A stretch of DNA of 43,207 nucleotides, taken from positions 1 through 43,207 of the forward strand of contig JAPEUI010000129.1 of the NCBI GenBank assembly GCA_026025075.1, read 5' to 3'. The notes below the pieces were generated by a model. That model worked only from the letters and a program-made list of their open reading frames with translations. It was not told where the DNA came from and made no database searches. Positions 36,735 through 43,207 of the stretch are shown piece by piece. The translations under genes were made by a program, and so were the position numbers. Positions within the stretch are counted from its first letter, which is position 1. Each line of letters opens with the position of its first letter. Origin of the DNA: Vezdaea acicularis (lineage: Eukaryota).

Positions 36735-39700
36735 ATGGCTACTTCTCGGAACGCATCTAAGCAACTGCCAATGACCGAACCCGGGGACCCTTCATCAAGG
36801 GACCAAGCAGCCAATGATATGAATGACACTCAGTCAGGACAGGGGCCTGAAGACGTGGTTAAAGCGACATCGTTGGACCCTTCCGGGAAAAGTGCAACCA
36901 ACCTGTCGCAGGGAACTTCACCGAAGCCCTCTCGCGAGACATCTCCAATACGTCCTGCGGCAAGGTCGAAAGCGTCTTCAAGAAGGTCCGGGTTAAACAA
37001 AGACAGTCAAGAAAACAGTCCGAGTCGCATTGCGACACCTTCGGGTCAGCTTACATCTACACCCTCTGCTGGCGCCATTCACAAAGCTCTATCATCAACC
37101 GCTGCTACGAGCAACCAGCCACTAAATTCCCATTCTTCGACTTCCACCGCCAAACCCCGTAAAGCTGGTACAAACACACCAGGTGACGGTAAGCACCATT
37201 GGCCGGTGTCTCCTCGACTGAGGTCTCCATCACCTGGCGCTTTGAGTGCGCAAGGGAAGTCCCCTTTGCTTTCAGCGCGAAAATCTGAGCAGACGGGGCA
37301 GGCATCGACCATTGTAGGAAGACGGTCTCAGACGGGCGCAACGTCGCCCCCAACAACCCTTTCTCTCAGCGCTCCAGACACTGATTCGGAAGATCAAGCT
37401 CCTTCGTCGGGCATGCGCACGCCGATTCGAGGGGTCAGCGTCGGCGGGGCAACCCTGGAGACTGTGCAGGAAGGAAGCCTGCCCTCTACACCAGCGATTG
37501 AAATGGGCCGGGCGATGGTATCAGTGAAGGATGCTAATCAGGAATCAATCGAGCAGAAATCAGACGTGGTTGCTGAAAGTAGTGTTCCAAAAGGAGGAAG
37601 ACGAGCGACGGAGAGCGGAGACGACAGCACCGGTAACAAGAGCGACCGACAAAAATCAGTTTCTTTAAGCAAGGAGGGAGCGACGTCGAAGCCGAACACA
37701 GTGATGCCCCTGAAGACATACACCACGATCGGCTCGCGTGGAAAGACTGGTACCGAAGGCTCGGCGAAAAGTATGACTGTTGAGACGGAGACGGTAAGCT
37801 CGATTCCACAAGTAGCCGTCGGCGGCGGCGCTGGTGAACGTGGAAATTTAGGGAGGAACGAAAGTGGGACAGGTCTACGACTCAAACCGAGCTCTGAGAC
37901 CATCAGACCGAAGAAAGAGAAGAAAAAGACCGCACGGAAAGCCCCTTCGCTGAATTCTGGCACTGGTGGGTCTAGTTTTTCCTCATCACACGTTATGTGG
38001 CGGCAGCGCCACATAACTTCTAGTTCTTTCAGGTCCGAGCAAGGCTCAATTCCCAGATTGATGAACGGTCTCTCCTCAGACGAAACGTTCTCTGGAGAGA
38101 CACCATCTCGATCTGGTTTCTTTAGTATCAGACCAATCTTCTCTTTTGGGTCTAGACTGACTCGGCGTAACGTGCGCGTAGCCTCGACGAAAGCAGATAT
38201 ATTTGAAGCAAAAGTCGCCATTGCTGTGGATGAGGCGAACGGTTCTGACTCTGATGAGACATTTGTATATTCATCTAATCCTCCCGAACCCCATTCCACT
38301 AGACAAGGGCCATATCACTCGCGGACTCCAAGTACGACGTCAGTACAAAGTCAACTTGACCAAAGGGGAATGAAAAGAACTACAACAGGTGTCATGGATG
38401 GAGGCCATGGTATAGCAGGAAAACGAAGTATGAAATTCGCCAATAACCCTTATACCCAGTCTCCATTTGAGGGAGAAACCGCCGAACGTGGGGATGGTAA
38501 TCGCACAGGACCTCTGGTAAGCGGAAGGGGTAGCAACCTCGGAAACCATCATCATATTGGGAATCATGGGAGAGGCAATCGCGGCGGTCATGCATCTCTG
38601 TTTGCAGATGAATCGCCATTCCCAAAGAACATACATGGTACACCTGGAAATACCTCTAGGCATTCCTCACGGCCTGCAAGCCCGAGGAATGGCCACTTCC
38701 TCCGGCCGCATAACTTCAATCAGAAGAAGATGCATGGCTACTCTACTGATGATATCGATGTTGAAGGTGCCGATGATGAACGTACTCCACTAATGAGTGG
38801 CACCGTCCGCTCAAACAGGAGTCGAAATCAACGTCGACCTTATAATCGACAACTAGAATATGATTCTGCACGGCGATTTAGAACAGTGCGCATTGCGTGC
38901 TGGTCCTTGCTTGCTGTCATGGTAATCCTCGTTGTCGGCGGAGGCGTCGGCTTCCTCTTTGCAACGTCGAAGCCACTCCAAGACGTTACTGTCCTCGCAA
39001 TCGAGAATGTGTTGGCAAGCGAGCAGGAGCTCATGATGGACCTTTGCGTCGAAGGGATTAATCCTAACATCATGGCTGTGTCTATTGCGGAGCTCGACGT
39101 CAACGTATTCGCCAAGAGCCGTTACGTTGGCACCGACAAGCTGTGGCGTGAGCATTCGTGGGAAGCTGCTGTGGCCCAGAACCGAGCTACGAGAAAGCAG
39201 CGTCACAGGAGGGGTGAAAATTTCCCTGATTATGACCATGTCGGCCCTCAGGCAGACAACGTGGTCCACACGTCCGACGGGGTTGATCACGGCACGGACC
39301 CAATATCGGATCCTGATGATCTAGACCCTCAAACCATGCTCTTAGGCCAAATATCCGAGTTCGACTCACCACTCATCTTCGACAGTTCCCCCTTCGCGCA
39401 TGAAGCGCATAACGTGTCGGGTGCCGTCCGACTAATGAAGCCAGGGAATAAGACCGAAGACGGGGGCACCGAACGATGGGAGCGAGTCATCCAACATCCA
39501 TTCGAGCTAATCGTTAGGGGTGTCCTCCAGTACCAATTACCGATCTCGAGCCGGATGCACAAGATTCCAATGGGCGTCCGGGTCCAGGTCGATCCGAAAG
39601 ACAGCCTCGACGATAAGGGCAACATGCGCACCTTTGACCCTCTCGGGCCCCACTTCTCGAAAACCCAGATCTCCTTCTGTAAGCCCAAGAAGCGCAAAGA

Positions 39701-39785
39701 AGAATATGAGAACAGTGATGAAGAAGCAGGAGAGACCGCAGCATCTCAAGGACGGCGTCGTTCGACACTAGTAATATCCGTGTAA
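36735..39785 (+). CDS. VAC7: Vacuolar segregation protein Vac7 (Fab1/PI(3,5)P2 regulator); probable intron 37966-38181
   Basis: MTVETETVSSIPQV, KADIFEAKVAIAVDEANGSDSDETFVY, ADDERTPL, a single TM segment followed by NVLASEQELMMDL, and HPFELIVRGVLQYQLP. First in-frame ATG is at 36735. Confidence 0.88.
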   Translation: MATSRNASKQLPMTEPGDPSSRDQAANDMNDTQSGQGPEDVVKATSLDPSGKSATNLSQGTSPKPSRETSPIRPAARSKASSRRSGLNKDSQENSPSRIATPSGQLTSTPSAGAIHKALSSTAATSNQPLNSHSSTSTAKPRKAGTNTPGDGKHHWPVSPRLRSPSPGALSAQGKSPLLSARKSEQTGQASTIVGRRSQTGATSPPTTLSLSAPDTDSEDQAPSSGMRTPIRGVSVGGATLETVQEGSLPSTPAIEMGRAMVSVKDANQESIEQKSDVVAESSVPKGGRRATESGDDSTGNKSDRQKSVSLSKEGATSKPNTVMPLKTYTTIGSRGKTGTEGSAKSMTVETETVSSIPQVAVGGGAGERGNLGRNESGTGLRLKPSSETIRPKKEKKKTARKAPSLNSGTGGSSFSSSHVMWRQRHITSSSFRSEQGSIPRLMNGLSSDETFSGETPSRSGFFSIRPIFSFGSRLTRRNVRVASTKADIFEAKVAIAVDEANGSDSDETFVYSSNPPEPHSTRQGPYHSRTPSTTSVQSQLDQRGMKRTTTGVMDGGHGIAGKRSMKFANNPYTQSPFEGETAERGDGNRTGPLVSGRGSNLGNHHHIGNHGRGNRGGHASLFADESPFPKNIHGTPGNTSRHSSRPASPRNGHFLRPHNFNQKKMHGYSTDDIDVEGADDERTPLMSGTVRSNRSRNQRRPYNRQLEYDSARRFRTVRIACWSLLAVMVILVVGGGVGFLFATSKPLQDVTVLAIENVLASEQELMMDLCVEGINPNIMAVSIAELDVNVFAKSRYVGTDKLWREHSWEAAVAQNRATRKQRHRRGENFPDYDHVGPQADNVVHTSDGVDHGTDPISDPDDLDPQTMLLGQISEFDSPLIFDSSPFAHEAHNVSGAVRLMKPGNKTEDGGTERWERVIQHPFELIVRGVLQYQLPISSRMHKIPMGVRVQVDPKDSLDDKGNMRTFDPLGPHFSKTQISFCKPKKRKEEYENSDEEAGETAASQGRRRSTLVISV

Positions 39786-41252
39786 TTTATGACAGCATCC
39801 AGCGAACGGTTAGGGGCTCCCGGTTGGGGATTATGCATCAGCGGTGATGGACAGGCGGACTTGCCGTCCATTTGGGAAGCGAGGAGTTTTAGACTTTGGA
39901 TAGGGGTGCGCGAGCACCGACCACCACTGGCCACAGAGCTTGCATGCATCTACAACGATTTCCTTTGCCTTCCTTACCTTTCTCTCTGAATGACCCTTGT
40001 ATGAAGAGGATGGACAGCACCTGCTCGGTTGGGGTGGTGTGTGTATGTATCTTAGAGGGCGTGATGGCCTCGGGAAAAAGCTTGTGGCTAGACTTATGAC
40101 TTTGATACCCATACAATCCTTTACCTTTCGGACGTGCCTAGCTTCCCTTTGCTGTGACTCTACTCGCTCCCTTCTCATTCGCGAATACGTTAGGAGGTTG
40201 GCCATGTAATAAAAGGTGGCATTGCCCTGAGAGGTTCTATATTGAGCGGCTCTGCATTCAACGGGAGACGTCTGGGAACTTCCGTATTTAGCGAGAGGCT
40301 GGCACAAACAACAGGAACTCAAGTCACTCTCCAACCAAGCAACCCGTTTTGAGGTCTTGCTGCATGCAACGTTTTTCATCACAATGTAGGAGGTTTGCGT
40401 GCATGAGGCAAAAGCTTTTTCGAGTGTTTATGGAATGTCAAACTCTCAGCCTTGCTGCGCTGTTGGTGTAAGGGCCCTCAAATAGCATCGTCAGAAAAAT
40501 CTCTGATGAGGCTGAGAAAGAATCTCGTGGAACGGAGCCGAGGCAGCACCAATAACTAACAACGCCTTTCCGCTACTTCCGGATGCTTTTGCCTCCTGAG
40601 AATAATCAACACGAGCCTTAGAGGTTGCAAGACCCTGGGTGTTCAGCTGTCACCCTACGGACGATGCATGATTTCATGCACGTGTCACGGCTGCTCAGGG
40701 TATAGCCCCAGAAACGTGGGGAGGCCCCGGCGCCGACCTTGTAAACTCCGACTTTAGCTCCCGCTAGCTTTCGTCCTTATCAACATCCCGTTGATGTTGC
40801 ATATCCTCACCGCTCAAACTGAGGCTAAGGCGGACTACGTGGATCATTTGACTCTTAGTCACCTACTTGGAAATTATCTTTGCCTCCACTCAGAGTCTGA
40901 CGAGAAGAAGGAGGAGGGTGGCTTCCAGATCCATTGCATGACAATGTGAACTCCAATACGCTGCTTCATCATGAGCACGCAGCCCTTCCCACCATCATGA
41001 CGCGTCACTGTGATGAGAAATCAATCACAAAGGGGGTTGCTATCTCTGTCCATTCACGAGAGTAGCTGCACTGTGATGGCTGTTGTCACTTTTCCTGTAA
41101 AGCTTCTTATGTAAAGCTACACGTCTTCCTCTCAAAACAGCTTCAAAGATCAAGGACTTTCCCTGCAACAGAAAGAAAAGCTTGATAAATCTTTACAACC
41201 TACATTAGGAAACAGCGCTTCTATAACAAGTGTCTTTAACGCTTTTAGAAAA

Positions 41253-42669
41253 ATGAACACCGACAGCTACCTTGGCTTCAATGTCCGCCTCCCTATCGGG
41301 CTCCAGGTTATCTCACCCATCGTCAACTCGAACACCCCTCTTGATGACTTTGCCCTGTTCCTCTGCACCGTACTAGGTACAGATCAGTTCCAGCCCTACC
41401 GGACCGAGCTTGAAGCCTCTCTTAGGGACGGTCCGCTCAAAGGAACTGACCGTACAAAGCTCAACGTCGCAGTGCGCTCGCTCGCCATCGAGTCTGCCGA
41501 AGAAATCACTTCCAACTTCATTTCTAAGCTGAAGGAGAAGCTAGTTCCAAATGAAAATGCCACTGTAAGTTCTTACTACTATTTCAAGAGCTGTTGACCC
41601 TAATCTTGAATCATAGCCCTCTGTAGCTCAATCCAAGAAGGAACTCGACAGCTTTGCTGAAAAGAACTTGGCCGGATTCAAGCAGTTGTCTCCCGCGAAG
41701 AATAAGGAGACTGCTACCAAGGCGGCTACTAAAGTTAGTGAGGTCGTTACTAAGTATCAGATCCCACCTGCTTCGGTCACCAAGGCCGCACAGCTTGCGT
41801 TCTATGACTTCATCCTTCTTTGCGGTATGTCGCTCATCACCTACGCTTCCCCCCATTACACGGCGATCTTTCCTATTCACCAGACCTCTCCAACCAAGCT
41901 CCTTTGAAGTAAACTAATGGGGAAACAAGACGACAGTGGCTCTATGCAAAGCGATACGCGCATCAAGACGCTCGAGGCAAGTGTTCGTGGCCTCTTCAAA
42001 GTCGCCAGACTGCTCAACTCTGAGACGCGCTTCGCCATGTATCCGTTTCAAAACCCAGTATGGGAGAACCTGAAGACCGAGGCCGAAATGGAGGCCGCAA
42101 TCAAGAATATGAAATACAACACTGGCGAGGACGCCCCCAAACCGTTGGACAGCCGGGTCCTCAAGCCATTGCTGGCTAAGGCCCGGGCAAAGACTTTGAC
42201 CCCCACTGTGGTTGTGGTTATCACCGACGGAGCCGTAAGTCTACTCTTTACACGTTACACCTCAGTCGAATATACATGCTGACCGAACTGTCTTGTCCAT
42301 AGATTGGTGACGTCTCCAGCTTCTGCAAGAACATCGCAAAGTTCAACTCCGAGATCAAGTCCTATGGCTACACGGGCCCCGCTGTGCTCTTCCTCATTTG
42401 CCGCGTCGGCGAGGATAAGCACGCCGCCGTTTCTTTGCAAGGTTTGAAGACCGACCAGGCCATCAAGCAGATCCTCTTCTACTCTGAAGATTCTCTCGAT
42501 GCCAAACTCGCCTCCATGGGGAGCAATACTGACGCTTATGTTGGCATGGTGAGTTCGCTTTTCTCTAGGCCTACACTCATGCTTGGGGTGAGATTACTGA
42601 CAGCGAGGTGTCTGGCAGGTTATCGAAGACCTCGTGAAGGCTATGGATCTTCAGGCATACAAGGCCTAG
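41253..42669 (+). CDS. von Willebrand factor A (vWA) domain protein; exons 41253-41564, 41617-41824, 41930-42234, 42303-42548, 42619-42669
   Basis: Splicing rebuilds the MIDAS motif YDFILLCDDSGSM; also VVVVITDGA and LFLICRVGED. Four frame-consistent introns; TAG at 42667-42669. Confidence 0.85.
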
Positions 42670-42892
42670 ATCTAAAGCAAGATGACAGAACGAGCGGTGG
42701 TCGCGAGCAGGGGGCAAGGAAAGAATAGTTGGTAGTTACGCGTCAGGTCATTTCGATTATCTTCATAGCACTTAGATACGGCAGTGTCAAGAATGATCTT
42801 AAATGTGGCCAACGAACTACATGCCCGTGCACACGCAATCCGATTCAAGCCCTATCGTCCCCATGCCCTCCCCCTACTACCATTGCTCCCCC

Positions 42893-43194
42893 CTACAACT
42901 CTCCCTTCCCCCCCGCCCCCTCCCCCCCATCTTTCTTCGCATCCACAGCCCATTTCTCCAGATCCCCTAACTCGACCGTATCCAGCGCCCGCCTGTGCGT
43001 CGCCTGCAACCACACCCTCGGCACCACCTTCTCCACCCCCTTCTCGCCCTTCTCGCCCAGCTCCCGACTCGCCACTAACGCCTCTTTCCAGCGCGCGGCA
43101 CACAGACACCATTTGCAGCCGCCCGTAAGCCCGATGCTGCGCAGGTCGTTGCCCCGCGAGGCGGAGAAGGTGAGGAATTCGTCTGTTACTTCCG
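42893..43194 (-). CDS. DUF2237-family protein, 3' exon only (gene continues beyond the window)
   Basis: After a CAG acceptor at 43195 the frame reads EVTDEFLTFSASRGNDLRSIGLTGGCKWCLCAARWKEAL...VPRVWLQATHRRAL, matching the EFL..S...GNDL / WCLCA.RW.EA / L.ATH pattern of DUF2237. Confidence 0.8.
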
Positions 43195-43207
43195 CTGGAA
43201 GGGGGGG

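Overview
Eukaryotic DNA from a filamentous ascomycete (Pezizomycotina): GT-AG introns with CTAAC/CTGAC-type branch points, so the supplied ORF track splits genes and uses non-ATG starts. From ~11 kb onward it is mostly conserved genes: esdC, a patatin-like protein, RRP7, a TinA/Msd1-like ADIP protein, 5-oxoprolinase, a small secreted Cys protein, an NAD(P)-dependent reductase, Wee1/Swe1 kinase divergent from VAC7, a vWA protein, and the 3' exon of a DUF2237 gene. The first ~11 kb is gene-poor and accessory-like. It holds a long GC-rich non-coding stretch, at least one RIP-type pseudogene, a spliced small secreted protein not assembled by the ORF track, an intronless homeodomain/C2H2 factor, and a decayed ~45-bp repeat array. 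Most notable: (1) two secreted proteins 21 kb apart share a C-x5-P-x5-PP-x9-L-x3-C...CxC pattern; (2) the divergent wee1 and vac7 genes each carry a long, in-frame, stop-free (exitron-like) intron; (3) RIP-like stop-codon relics; (4) a patatin lacking its catalytic Ser. Exon boundaries were read by hand and family calls rest on recognised motifs; no database search was run. I found no single unambiguous novel multi-gene system.
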